Positions 31,116-44,545 are shown, counted from the stretch's first letter. The stretch: DNA of 64,000 nt from an uncultured Solirubrobacterales bacterium (GCA_963730145.1 CAVSQT010000006.1:48430-112429), one strand, 5' to 3'. Notes: generated from the letters alone by a model not told the origin. Numbers and translations are program-made.

Positions 31116-32190
31116 GTTGCGCTTTCGATCAGCTCGGCGTAGTCGGACTTCGTCTGCTCCCACGAAAGTCGGCGGCGGGCTGCGACGACGCCATCGCGCA
31201 GCTGCGCGAGGAGGTCGGCATCCGTCGTCGCGTTCATCGCCGCAGCGAGACTCCGGACCCGCGGCAGGTAGGCGGCAATTCCCGACTTCGCCTTGCCGGC
31301 TCGACGTGTCTTCACCAAGAGCCCGTTCTCGCCGTCGCGGATGACCTCGTTCATCGGCGGGTTGTCGTTGGTGATCACCGGCAGTCCCAGCGCCATCGAT
31401 TCGTACAGGTGCAGGCCGAGCCCCTCCCATCGGCTCGGGGCGACGCAGACGTCGGCCGAGGCGAACAGGCGCAGGTGCTCGTCGGTGGGCAGGTCCTCGA
31501 GCCGAACCTCGATACGTGAATCCCGCGCCGCACCCCGTTCGAGCAGGTCGAGCTCGCGCTCGACCTGGCCCTTGATCAGCAGTCGCGCGTCGTCGGCGCT
31601 CACGCGCCTGAAAGCCTTCAGCACCTCCGCCACGGGCTTTCGCTTGCTCAGGAACCCGCCGGGATAGAAGAAGCAGTCCGCCCGGGCGGATGATTGCTTC
31701 TGCGAAGCGAAGCAACTCGGGGTGAATTCCCCAGCGCACGCGGGGGCTGTCGATACCCATACCGGCGTAGCGCTCCTGCTCGCAGGCGGTCAGCGAGTAG
31801 ACGATGTCGAGAGCCCGCTTCGCCGGCTCGACGTGCTCCGCGGCGAATTGCTCCCAGACGAAGCGCCCGACCGTGCGCACCCCGGTTTCGCGCAGCGCCT
31901 GGATCCCCTCGAAGCCGTAGTTCTGATCGAAGAAGGCGAGCTCGAGCGAGTTCTCGGCGCCCCATCCGACGACCTCGTCTGCCGGGATCTCGTAGCTGGA
32001 CGCCTCGGTTACGTCGGGCTGGTCCCAGACGCCGGAGTGGTCGATGAAAGCGGGGCGGATGTTCTTGCCGCGAGTAGGCCGGGCGAGCACGAACGTCTCG
32101 ATGACCGAGGTCGTCGAGAGCCGAGCGAAGCTGGCGGGCGACCACGCCCTGTCCGCGATTGAACCAGTAGGCGCAGATCCCGATTCGCAT
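31112..32190 (-). CDS. GT4-type glycosyltransferase (GT3), paralogue of GT1/GT2, at least 2 frameshifts
   Basis: MRIGICAYWFNRGQ...LGH, ETFVLARP...VRTVGRFVWEQF, CVAPSRWEGLGLHLYESMALG. Confidence 0.75.
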
Positions 32191-32225
32191 CGCAGGCAGC
32201 CTAGAGCTGCCACCGCCGCCGGTGA

Positions 32226-34827
<2,602 letters not shown>

Positions 34828-34837
34828 TCTGTCGTCC

Positions 34838-34866
34838 AGTCTACGGCTCTAAGCGGTGTTTGTCAA
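34838..34866 (-). promoter_or_regulatory. Candidate sigma-70-type promoter of clpB (TTGACA-17 nt-TAGACT)
   Basis: Read on the minus strand, with the -35 element at 34861-34866 and the -10 element at 34838-34843. It sits in the only AT-rich patch of the region. Only 10 nt separate the -10 element from the TTG start. Confidence 0.4.
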
Positions 34867-34879
34867 GAAATCTAAGTCT

Positions 34880-35284
34880 CTATAAAGCAGATTCTAGCCG
34901 GCGAACGAGCCAGGCGCCGGCAAGTGTCGCGGGCACGGCACCTGCCAGGCCTCGCAACCCCGCGCCGCGGGTGCCGACGCTCCGCAGCGCCAGGGCAAAT
35001 GCGAGCGCGTCACCGCCATCGGCGACAGCGACGGCGAGCGAAGCCCGGCGCAGATCCTGGCGATCGTCGAGCGCCGAGAGCTGCCAAGCGCCGAGAACGA
35101 GGTCGCGGCTGGCGGCGACTCGCCCCAGGGCGAGGGCCTTGGCATCGATCGAGTCGAACCCAAGCGCCTTTGCGGCGCGACCGGGCGCGAGCCAGATACC
35201 GGCACCGATCGCGAGCCGACCCAGCGCGAGGGCGGTGGCAGTGGTGCGCACGAGCCGATCGTCGGCGAGCCGGTGTGCGGGCAT
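34880..35284 (-). CDS. Hypothetical small membrane protein
   Basis: ORF from MPAHRLADD with Ala/Gly/Leu-rich hydrophobic segments. I recognise no motif. Confidence 0.4.
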   Translation of the reverse strand: MPAHRLADDRLVRTTATALALGRLAIGAGIWLAPGRAAKALGFDSIDAKALALGRVAASRDLVLGAWQLSALDDRQDLRRASLAVAVADGGDALAFALALRSVGTRGAGLRGLAGAVPATLAGAWLVRRLESAL

Positions 35285-35403
35285 CACGATCAGCCTACGC
35301 GCTACGTGGAGCGACTCCGGTTCGTCATCTTCTCGCGATGCGAGAAGATCGCGGTGATCGTGCGTAACCGTCCTCAGCGTCTTCGCTGGACTCGCGATCG
35401 CGG

Positions 35404-36237
35404 GTGCGTTCGACGGCGGCGTTCGCACACAGGCCGCGCCCGCGACGACGCGTGGCCGAGCGCGACGTCGAGCCGGCCGAGACGCGGGCCGACACGAGGC
35501 GGCCACCGGAGCAAGCAGGTCGCACCGCGCAAGCAGCGACGCGGCAAGCGCTATCCGTCGGCGCGAGCTGTGGCGCAAGGCCCGCAAGCTTCGCCAACGC
35601 CCGCGGCGAAGCGGTCTCCTTCGCCGTCGTCGATTCGAGCGGCCGCATGCATGGACTCGACGAGCGCCGGCGCTATTCCTCGGCCAGCGTGGTCAAGGCG
35701 ATGCTGCTCGCCGCCGAGCTGCGCCGCCTGAAGCGGGCGGGAACGCCCGTCGATCCCGAGACCGATCGCCTGCTCGAGGCGATGATCACCGTCTCCGACA
35801 ACGGCGCCGCAGACGCGATCTACGCCCGCGTCGGCGACAGCGGCCTGTTGGCGGTCGCGCACCGGGCGGGGATGCGCGACTACTCGGTCGCCGGCTATTG
35901 GGGCAACTCGCTGATCAGCGCCGCCGATATGGCGCTGATGTTCGCCGACCTCGATCGCTCGTTTCCCCGGCGCGACCGCGAGTACGCCAAGGGACTGCTC
36001 GGCTCCGTCGTCGAGGAGCAGAGCTGGGGCATTCCCGACGCCGCCGGTGACCGCTGGGCGGTGCGCTTCAAGGGCGGCTGGCTGCCCGAGAAGGCGCTGG
36101 TCCATCAGGCCGCCGAGCTGCGCGAACGCGACGGCTCACGCGAGCTCGCGATCGTCGTCCTCACCGACGCCCAGCCCTCGTTCGACTATGGCATCGGCAC
36201 GGTCGAGGGTGTCGCCTCGAAGCTGCTCAGCCGCTAA
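35404..36237 (+). CDS. Class A beta-lactamase-like serine hydrolase (5-prime end uncertain)
   Basis: SxxK motif SASVVK, SDN motif VSDNG, and a KTG-like KGGW. A possible upstream start with a hydrophobic segment near 35337-35400 lies in other frames. Confidence 0.65.
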   Translation: MRSTAAFAHRPRPRRRVAERDVEPAETRADTRRPPEQAGRTAQAATRQALSVGASCGARPASFANARGEAVSFAVVDSSGRMHGLDERRRYSSASVVKAMLLAAELRRLKRAGTPVDPETDRLLEAMITVSDNGAADAIYARVGDSGLLAVAHRAGMRDYSVAGYWGNSLISAADMALMFADLDRSFPRRDREYAKGLLGSVVEEQSWGIPDAAGDRWAVRFKGGWLPEKALVHQAAELRERDGSRELAIVVLTDAQPSFDYGIGTVEGVASKLLSR

Positions 36238-36684
36238 CGCGACGCCGAATCGGTATCGACACGGGCTCGTAGGCGCCGTAGGGGACGATCTCGGTCCGCA
36301 ACGAGCGGCGCACGCGATCGACCTCCGCGGTCATCTCCCGCTCGAGCTCGTCCGCACGCTCGCGCATTCGCGCGATCTCGGCTCGAGCGCGCTCGAGCTC
36401 GCGCTCGAGCGTCAGCACGGTCTCGACGCCGGCGAGATTGAGACCGTCGTCGGCGGTCATCTGCTGAATGCGGCGCAGTCGCTCGACGTCGTCGTAGGAG
36501 TAGAGGCGGGTGTTCTTGGGCGAGCGTTTCGGCGTGATCAGCCCCCGGGCCTCGTACATCCGCAGCGTCTGCGGGTGCATCCCGGCGAGCTCGGCCGCGA
36601 CCGAGATCATGAACACGCCGCGGCGACGGTCGAGGCCGGCCGCGGTGACCGACACGGTCCTGCGACCAGGCTGGCGATTGACAC

Positions 36685-36688
<4 letters not shown>
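36227..36688 (-). CDS. hspR: MerR-family heat-shock repressor HspR
   Basis: ISVAAELAGMHPQTLRMYEARGLITPKRS...RLYS. It is the last gene of the dnaK operon, and its ATG overlaps the dnaJ stop (ATGA). Confidence 0.85.
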
Positions 36689-37810
<1,122 letters not shown>

Positions 37811-38388
37811 CTACTCGCTGACGATCACGCGGGCCGGGCGGATCACCTGCCCGCCGAGGCGGTAGCCACGCTCGAGGGTCTCGACCACCACGCCTGAGGC
37901 AACGTCCTTGCTCGCCGCAGCGGTGGAGATGGCCTCGGACACTGCCGGGTCGAAGGGCTCCCCCGCGGGGTCATAGGACTCGACCCCCGCGCGTGCCAGG
38001 CCGGCCTCGAGCTCGCTGTGCACGAGCGCGACGCCACGCGCGAGCGCTTCCCGCGCGGAAACCTCTTCGGAAACGTCGCCGGAGGTGTGATCCGCGTCGG
38101 CAGCGCTCGAGCCCAGTTCGCGGACCGGCTGCACGCCCGAAGCCCGCAACGCCCGCTCGAGGTTGTCGATCGAGGGCAGCAGCTCCCGCGCGAGCCCGGC
38201 CTTGCCGCGCTTCTCCGCCTCGCTGGCATCGCGCGCAGCGCGCTTGCGGAAGTTCTCGAAGTCCGCCTTCGCGCGTCGAGCCAGATCCAGGTACTCATCG
38301 CGCTCGCGCTTACGTCCTCGAGCAAGGCATCGAGATCACCCTCAACCGCCTGCGGCGCCTTCGGCCGCAACCGTCTCAGATCCTCCAT
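37811..38388 (-). CDS. grpE: Nucleotide exchange factor GrpE (frameshifted)
   Basis: RERDEYLDLARRAKADFENFRKR and LPSIDNLERAL in one frame, with the C-terminus YRLGGQVIRPARVIVSE in another. Confidence 0.85.
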
Positions 38389-38456
38389 TTTCAGTGAGGG
38401 AGGAACCCTCAGGAGCGCCAGCGTCGTCCGCAGGAATCCGGAACCCGAGCGCTCGT

Positions 38457-38533
38457 GGGTCGGATGTCGGTCCCTCCCCCTCCGGACCCGAACGATAGGC
38501 GGAAGACGGAGGGGGAGGGCCGGCAGCCGACCC
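38457..38533. other. Long GC hairpin in the dnaK-grpE spacer
   Basis: Perfect 13-bp stem CCCTCCCCCTCCG (38472-38484) / CGGAGGGGGAGGG (38507-38519), plus an outer 7-bp stem GGGTCGG (38457-38463) / CCGACCC (38527-38533), with a 22-nt loop. Confidence 0.6.
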
Positions 38534-38571
38534 CTCTCACGGCGCGTCGTGCTCGTCGTTCATCGGAGAAC

Positions 38572-40476
38572 CTAAGCCCTGTCCTCGTCGACGACCTCCG
38601 CGTCAACCACCTCGTCCTCGGCATCGCCGGATCCGTTGGGCGAAGCATCGCCGTCGGCGCCGCCGGCTGCGGCCTGCTGGGCCGCGGTGGCCTGATAGAT
38701 CTGCTCGGAGACCTTGTGGAAGGCCGCCTGCAGGGCGTCCGTCTTTGCCTTGATCTCGCCGGCGTCATCGGATTCGAGCACGCCGCGAACGTCGGCGATC
38801 GCAGCTTCGATCTCGGCCTTCGACGACTCGTCGACCTGCTCGCCCAGCTCGGTGAGCTGCTTCTCGGCTGAGTAGGCGGCGTTCTCGGCGACGTTTCGAG
38901 CCTCGGCGAGCTCGCGCTGCTTGAGGTCCTCGTCGGCGTGCGACTCGGCATCCTTGATCATCTGCTCGACCTCGGAATCCGAGAGGCCGGAGCCGCCCTT
39001 GATCTCGATCGTCTGCTCCTTGCCCGTACCGAGATCCTTGGCCGCAACGCTGAGGATGCCGTTGGCGTCGATGTCGAACGTGACCTCGATCTGCGGCATG
39101 CCGCGCGGCGCCGGGGGAATCCCGGTGAGCTGGAACTTGCCCAGCGACTTGTTGTAGCCGGCCATCTCGCGCTCGCCCTGGAGCACGTGAATCTCCACCG
39201 ACGGCTGGTTGTCGTCGGCGGTCGAAAACGTCTCCGAGCGCTTCGACGGGATCGTCGTGTTGCGCTCGATCAGCTTCGTCATCACGCCGCCCTTGGTCTC
39301 GATGCCGAGCGTCAGCGGTGTGACGTCGAGCAGGAGCACGTCCTTGACGTCGCCCGAGAGCACGCCGGCCTGAATCGCGGCGCCGATCGCCACCACCTCG
39401 TCGGGGTTGACGCCCTTGTGCGGCTCCTTGCCGGTCAGCTCCTGAACCTTCTCCTGAACCGCAGGCATCCGGGTCATGCCGCCGACGAGGACGACGTGAT
39501 CGACGTCCGCGCCGCCGTCGGCGAGCGCCTGCTTGACCGGCGCGACGACGCGGTCGAGCAGGTCGGAGGTGAGCTCGGCGAGCTTGGCTCGGGTGAGCTT
39601 CATCTCGAGGTGCTTGGGCTCGTTGTTGATCGCGGTGATGAAGGGGACGCTGATCTGCGTCTCCTGCGTCGTCGAGAGCTCGATCTTGGCCTTCTCGGCC
39701 TGCTCGTAGAGACGCTGAAGCGAGCGCTTGTCGTTGGAGACGTCGACGCCCTGGTCCTTCTTGAACTCCGCAACCAGCCATTCGACGATCGCCTTGTCCC
39801 AGTTGTCGCCGCCGAGGTGGTTGTCGCCGGCGGTCGACTTGACCTCGAAGACTCCGTCGCCGATCTCGAGCACGGAGACGTCGAAGGTGCCGCCACCGAG
39901 GTCGAAGACGAGGATCGTCTGGTCGGTGTCCTCCTTGTCGAGTCCGTAAGCCAGCGCGGCCGCGGTCGGCTCGTTGATGATCCGCTTGACCTCGAGTCCG
40001 GCGATCTTGCCGGCGTCCTTGGTCGCCTGGCGCTGATCGTCGTTGAAGTAGGCGGGGACGGTGATCACGGCCGAGTCGACCGTTTCACCGAGCTTGGCCT
40101 CGGCGTCGGCCTTGAGCTTCTGCAGGATCATCGCCGAGATCTCAGGCGGCGAGTACTGCTCGCCGCGAACGTCGACGCGGACGTCGCCGTTGGGGCCGGC
40201 GACGACCTTGTAGGGGACGATCGTCTCCTCTTCCTTGACTTCGGCCTCCTTGCGGCCCATGAAGCGCTTGATCGAGAAGATCGTGTTCTCGGGGTTCATC
40301 ACGGCCTGTCGCTTGGCGACGGTGCCGACCAGCCGCTCTCCCGAGTCGGTGAAGGCGACGACCGACGGTGTCGTGCGTCCGCCCTCGGCGTTCTCGATGA
40401 TCTCCGGCTCGCTGCCCTCGAGCACGGCCATGGCCGAGTTGGTGGTTCCGAGGTCGATCCCGATCGTCTTGCCCAT
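38572..40476 (-). CDS. dnaK: Chaperone DnaK (Hsp70)
   Basis: Intact 634 aa ORF with [27 protein letters not shown]. An AAGGAG Shine-Dalgarno sequence lies 7 nt upstream. Confidence 0.98.
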   Translation of the reverse strand: MGKTIGIDLGTTNSAMAVLEGSEPEIIENAEGGRTTPSVVAFTDSGERLVGTVAKRQAVMNPENTIFSIKRFMGRKEAEVKEEETIVPYKVVAGPNGDVRVDVRGEQYSPPEISAMILQKLKADAEAKLGETVDSAVITVPAYFNDDQRQATKDAGKIAGLEVKRIINEPTAAALAYGLDKEDTDQTILVFDLGGGTFDVSVLEIGDGVFEVKSTAGDNHLGGDNWDKAIVEWLVAEFKKDQGVDVSNDKRSLQRLYEQAEKAKIELSTTQETQISVPFITAINNEPKHLEMKLTRAKLAELTSDLLDRVVAPVKQALADGGADVDHVVLVGGMTRMPAVQEKVQELTGKEPHKGVNPDEVVAIGAAIQAGVLSGDVKDVLLLDVTPLTLGIETKGGVMTKLIERNTTIPSKRSETFSTADDNQPSVEIHVLQGEREMAGYNKSLGKFQLTGIPPAPRGMPQIEVTFDIDANGILSVAAKDLGTGKEQTIEIKGGSGLSDSEVEQMIKDAESHADEDLKQRELAEARNVAENAAYSAEKQLTELGEQVDESSKAEIEAAIADVRGVLESDDAGEIKAKTDALQAAFHKVSEQIYQATAAQQAAAGGADGDASPNGSGDAEDEVVDAEVVDEDRA

Positions 40477-40502
40477 TTGCTTTCTCCTTAAGTCTGAATA
40501 TC

Positions 40503-40517
40503 CAAGAAATCTGAGTC
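40503..40517. promoter_or_regulatory. AT-rich motif CAAGAAATCTGAGTC shared with the clpB upstream region (candidate HspR operator)
   Basis: The same 15-mer with one mismatch (CAAGAAATCTAAGTC) occurs at 34864-34878, upstream of clpB. The half-sites resemble the HAIR consensus CTTGAGT/ACTCAAG. Confidence 0.35.
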
Positions 40518-40539
40518 AGAGGCTAGCAGATGTGCATGG

Positions 40540-40560
40540 GCCGACTGGAAGCGAGTCGGC
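40540..40560 (-). terminator. Hairpin downstream of the cytochrome c gene
   Basis: GCCGACT-7 nt-AGTCGGC, about 60 nt after the stop at 40623. No U-tract. Confidence 0.3.
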
Positions 40561-40622
40561 GCGCCGACGCGCCCTCCGAGGGGTACCGACCGGCGTCGAG
40601 CTCGGCGGCTACGACTTGATCG

Positions 40623-41087
40623 TCAGGCCTGCGGCGCGTCGCAGGCCACAGGCTCGGGACGGGGGGCGCTCTCGATGTCGACCACCGGCCCCTTGCCGAT
40701 CTGACCGGCATATGCGGCGACGAAGGCAGCGGCTTCCTCGGCCTCCTCGCCGATCAGGATCTCCTTCGGCATGCGCCCGCCGAGGCCGCAGTTGACGGCC
40801 CTGAGGACGCGGCTGTAGCTGCCTTCGTACTGCTCGGCGCTGTTGGTGCCGGTGACGATCAGCAGGTCGTCGAGGTTGGGCCCGACGACGCCGTCGGTTC
40901 CGGCCGCAGCCAGCGTGTGGCAGTAGCCGCAGTTGTTGTCGAACAGCTCCTTGCCCTCGACGTCGCTCGCGGCGACCTCGACGGTCGCGGCGCTCTCGTC
41001 ACCCTCCTTGCCCAGCGCCATCAACGGCAGCACGATGAGGCAGATCGCCGCGAAGACCGCGAAGACGATGAAGGGCCGCTTGCTCAC
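40623..41087 (-). CDS. Membrane-anchored class I cytochrome c
   Basis: N-terminal TM helix, heme motif CGYCH, and a distal Met in GGRMP. Confidence 0.8.
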   Translation of the reverse strand: MSKRPFIVFAVFAAICLIVLPLMALGKEGDESAATVEVAASDVEGKELFDNNCGYCHTLAAAGTDGVVGPNLDDLLIVTGTNSAEQYEGSYSRVLRAVNCGLGGRMPKEILIGEEAEEAAAFVAAYAGQIGKGPVVDIESAPRPEPVACDAPQA

Positions 41088-41105
41088 GAGCGGAAAACTA
41101 CCGAG

Positions 41106-41827
41106 TCACGGCGCCGGAGGAGATCGGTCTTCGGATCGGTGAGCGCGAAACCAGGGGCACATCCGCTGCAGCGCGCACTCGTCGCAACGCGGGCGCGGGC
41201 GGCAGACGCGACGGCCGTGGGTGATCAGGTTCATGTGCAGTTCGTAGGCGTCCTCGGGATCGGTGATCGCAAGCATCTCGTCGTGGGCGCGCTCGAATGA
41301 GGCGCCCGGCGGAAACAGGCCCAGCCGTCCGCCGACGCGGTAGACGTGGGTGTCGACGGGGATCTCGGGCCGGCCGAGGGCGAAGATCATCACGCAGGCG
41401 GCGGTCTTGCGGCCAACCCCCGGAAGCTCGATGAGGAAGGCGATCGCCTCGTCGCGCTCCGTCGCCTCGAGCCAGTCGAGCGTCGGCTCGCCGGCCTCGC
41501 TCGGCAGCCGCCGCAGCACCTCCTGGATCCGCGGCGCCTTCGTCTTCGAGAGCCCGCCCGGCTGGATCGCCGCTTCGACCTCCGCGACCGGCGCGTCGCG
41601 AACGGCAACCCAGGTCGGCAGCCGCTCGCGCAGGCGCGCGTAGGCGACGATCGCGATTGCGGTCGTTGGTGTTCTGGGAGAGGATCGTGCGCACGAGCTC
41701 GGCGATCGGATGACCGTGCGGCTCGTTGATCGGCCGCCCGTAGATCTCGCGCAGGCGGTCGCGGATCGCGCGGACCCTGACCCGCCGCGGCCGCTTCCAG
41801 CTGCTCTTTCGCCGTTCTCGTCGACAT
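41106..41827 (-). CDS. nth: Endonuclease III (frameshifted)
   Basis: LVRTILSQNTND, HhH-GPD LPGVGRKTA, VDTHVYRV, and Fe-S cluster C-x6-C-xx-C-x5-C (CRPRPRCDECALQRMC). Confidence 0.85.
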
Positions 41828-41904
41828 CGCCGCCAGGATATGTTGCGCCCGCATGGCGGCGATCGAGCCAGGCGTCGTCTCGGTAGAGGTCTGTTCGCCG
41901 CTAC

Positions 41905-42549
41905 GGTGCCCGTATCGCCGAGCCGCGCCCACAAGCGAGAACCGCCGCCGCCTGGAGAGGGCTCGCGCGTGATCGGCTGATCGAGTCACGGCTCACTCCG
42001 AACACGATCTCGATCACCGGGCTGGCGCTGCACGTGCCCGCGGTGATCCTGATCGTCGAGGGCAATTTTGTGCTCGCGGGCCTCGCCTTCATCGTCGGCT
42101 CGGTGATGGACACGCTCGACGGTCGCTACTCGCGCATGTCGGGCAAGGGCACGATGTTCGGGGCGTTCTTGGACTCGACCCTCGACCGGATCGAGGAGGG
42201 CGTGGTGTTGACGGCGATCGCCTACTACTTCGCCGACGGCGGCGATGCGATTCCGGCCGCGGCCTGCGTGCTCACCGTTCTCGGCTCGCTGATGGTCTCC
42301 TACACGCGGGCTCGCGCTGAGGCGCTGGGAGTCGAATGCAAGGTCGGGATTGCCACCCGGCCCGTGCGGGTGGTGATACTTTCAATTGGCCTCGTGTTCG
42401 GCGCCGGCGATCTGATCACCGATGTCGACCTGCTCCCGGCAGCGATCTACACGATGGCCGGCTTGACCGCATTCACGGTCGGACAACGCGTCTGGCACGT
42501 GCGCAACGAGCTCAAGGCGCTGGAGGTCGCAGACGTCTCGGAGCTGTAA
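41905..42549 (+). CDS. CDP-alcohol phosphatidyltransferase, probable phosphatidylinositol-phosphate synthase (5-prime end unresolved)
   Basis: Motif DTLDGRYSRMSGKGTMFGAFLDSTLDR (D-G-x2-[AS]-R...G-x3-D-x3-D). It lies directly upstream of ino1. No in-frame start was found upstream of TPNTISITG, so a frameshift is likely. Confidence 0.7.
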   Translation, partial: GARIAEPRPQARTAAAWRGLARDRLIESRLTPNTISITGLALHVPAVILIVEGNFVLAGLAFIVGSVMDTLDGRYSRMSGKGTMFGAFLDSTLDRIEEGVVLTAIAYYFADGGDAIPAAACVLTVLGSLMVSYTRARAEALGVECKVGIATRPVRVVILSIGLVFGAGDLITDVDLLPAAIYTMAGLTAFTVGQRVWHVRNELKALEVADVSEL

Positions 42550-42606
42550 CCAACGCACAAACAGCGGGTAGTTCGCCTTCCACCCGCCTCCAGGAGGACC
42601 GGCTTC

Positions 42607-43797
42607 ATGACTGACAAGAACGGCCACGCGACGAACGGCGCGAGCTCCAATGGACACCATCCCGACGACGGCAAGGTCCGCGTCGCGATCGTCGGTGTCG
42701 GCAATTGCGCAAACAGCTTCATCCAGGGCGTCGAGTACTACAAGGACGCCGACCCCGACGAGCAGGTCCCCGGCCTCATGCACGTCGACCTCGGCGGCTA
42801 TCACGTCCGCGACATCGAGTTCGTCGCCGCCTTCGACATCGACCAGGAAAAGGTCGGCAAGGACCTCTCCGAGGCGATCTGGTCAGGCCAGAACGACACG
42901 ATCAAGTTCGCCGACGTCGGGCACCTCGGCGTCGAGGTCCATCGCGGCATGACTCATGACGGTCTCGGCAAGTACCTGAAGCAGAAGATCACCAAGGCGC
43001 CCGGGCCGACCGCGGACATCGTCGGCATCCTCAAGCAGACCAAGGCCGACGTTCTCGTCTGCTACCTCCCGGTGGGTTCCGAGGCCGCGACCAAGTGGTA
43101 CGTCGAGCAGGCACTGGAGGCGGGGGTCGGCTTCGTCAACTGCCTGCCGGTGTTCATCGCCCGAGAGGACTACTGGGGCAAGCGCTTCTCCGATGTCGGC
43201 CTGCCGATCATCGGCGACGACATCAAGTCGCAGGTCGGGGCCACGATCGTCCATCGCAATCTGGCCCGCCTCTTCCATGAGCGCGGCGTCGAGCTCCAGC
43301 ACACCTCGCAGCTCAACGTCGGCGGCAACATGGACTTCTTCAACATGCTCGAGCGCGAGCGCCTCGACTCGAAGAAGGTCTCGAAGACCAACGCCGTCAC
43401 CTCGGTGATGGGAACCGAGCTTCCCGCGGACGACGTCCACGTCGGGCCATCCGACTACGTGCCGTGGCTGACCGACCGCAAGTGGGCCCATATCCGGCTC
43501 GAGGGCAAGTCGTTCGGCGACGTGCCGCTGACGGTCGAGCTCAAGCTCGAGGTCTGGGACTCGCCGAATTCGGCCGGCGTCGTGATCGACGCCGTCCGCC
43601 TGATCAAGCTGGCGCTCAACAACGGCGTCGCCGGGCAGCTCGATGGTCCCTCCAGCTACCTGATGAAGTCGCCGCACAGCCAGCGACCCGACGATCAGGC
43701 GCGCGAGCAGACCGAGGAGTTCATCGCCAAGTACGCGCGCAAGGGCGCGGCGAAGGCGGCCAAGAAGCCGGCGCCGAAGAAGATCGCTTCGAGCTGA
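42607..43797 (+). CDS. ino1: myo-inositol-1-phosphate synthase
   Basis: Intact 396 aa ORF with [29 protein letters not shown] and [11 protein letters not shown], plus a Lys/Ala-rich tail. Confidence 0.9.
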   Translation: MTDKNGHATNGASSNGHHPDDGKVRVAIVGVGNCANSFIQGVEYYKDADPDEQVPGLMHVDLGGYHVRDIEFVAAFDIDQEKVGKDLSEAIWSGQNDTIKFADVGHLGVEVHRGMTHDGLGKYLKQKITKAPGPTADIVGILKQTKADVLVCYLPVGSEAATKWYVEQALEAGVGFVNCLPVFIAREDYWGKRFSDVGLPIIGDDIKSQVGATIVHRNLARLFHERGVELQHTSQLNVGGNMDFFNMLERERLDSKKVSKTNAVTSVMGTELPADDVHVGPSDYVPWLTDRKWAHIRLEGKSFGDVPLTVELKLEVWDSPNSAGVVIDAVRLIKLALNNGVAGQLDGPSSYLMKSPHSQRPDDQAREQTEEFIAKYARKGAAKAAKKPAPKKIASS

Positions 43798-43850
43798 GCG
43801 CGCTGCGTGCGACCGCTCCGTTGACGGGGCGGGCGGGTTGAACCGATCGA

Positions 43851-43868
43851 GGAGTACCTGCGTACTCC
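43851..43868 (+). terminator. Hairpin GGAGTAC-CTGC-GTACTCC after ino1
   Basis: Perfect 7-bp stem 54 nt after the ino1 stop. It could alternatively be a leader element of the next gene. Confidence 0.3.
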
Positions 43869-43905
43869 TATCGTCGGCAGGAAACAACCAAAGGAGGAAG
43901 GCTCA

Positions 43906-44514
43906 ATGGGCCTGAAGAGACTTCGACCGAGCGGGTCGATGATCGTCGCGATCGTGGCGCTGGTCGCCGCGCTGGCCGGTACCGCCTATGCGGCGGTGAC
44001 CATCACCGACAGCTCGCAGATCAAGGGCCGAGTCGTCGGCGGCAAGGATCTGCAGAAGGACTCTGTCGGCGGTGAGGCGGTCAGGGAGAAGAGCCTGAAG
44101 GGCGTCGATGCAGAGACCCTCGACGGCCAGACCGCCAACGATCTCAAGGCTCGCTGGCTGCTGCTCAACGAGCAGGGTCAGATCGAGGAGCAGTCGGGCG
44201 GCTTCACCGTGCTCGACGCCTATCAGACCAACAACAACGTCTACATCGACACCGGTGAGACGCTCGTCGGCAAGGGCCTGAACGCGACGATCGCGATCCA
44301 GAACCTCGTCAACGTCGACGGCGCCGATGGCGATGCCGAGCCGAACTTCGGCGGCGAAGTCAGCGTCGCGCGCTGCCAGGTCCCGGGCGTGGTCGAGTGC
44401 GCGCCGGCGAACGCGAAGACGATCAACGCGCTCGTCGTCAGCCCCCGCAACAGCGACGGCACGGCGACCGACCCCGGCGCCCGCAAGCGCGTCTACGTGC
44501 AGGTCACCGAGTAA
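43906..44514 (+). CDS. Secreted hypothetical protein
   Basis: An AAAGGAGGAAGG Shine-Dalgarno sequence, a signal peptide ending LAGTAYA, and short degenerate repeats (IKGRVVGGKDL / KDSVGGEAV / LKGVDAETL). Confidence 0.6.
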   Translation: MGLKRLRPSGSMIVAIVALVAALAGTAYAAVTITDSSQIKGRVVGGKDLQKDSVGGEAVREKSLKGVDAETLDGQTANDLKARWLLLNEQGQIEEQSGGFTVLDAYQTNNNVYIDTGETLVGKGLNATIAIQNLVNVDGADGDAEPNFGGEVSVARCQVPGVVECAPANAKTINALVVSPRNSDGTATDPGARKRVYVQVTE

Positions 44515-44545
44515 CACCGCAGCGTCGTCGCGCGTCTCGCTGACC

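Noticed and set aside
38472-38519. G-quadruplex or i-motif potential of the GGAGGGGGAGGG / CCCTCCCCCTCC tracts.
   Set aside because: The two tracts are perfectly complementary to each other and 22 nt apart, so a hairpin is the far more likely structure. There are too few G-runs on one strand for a canonical four-run quadruplex.
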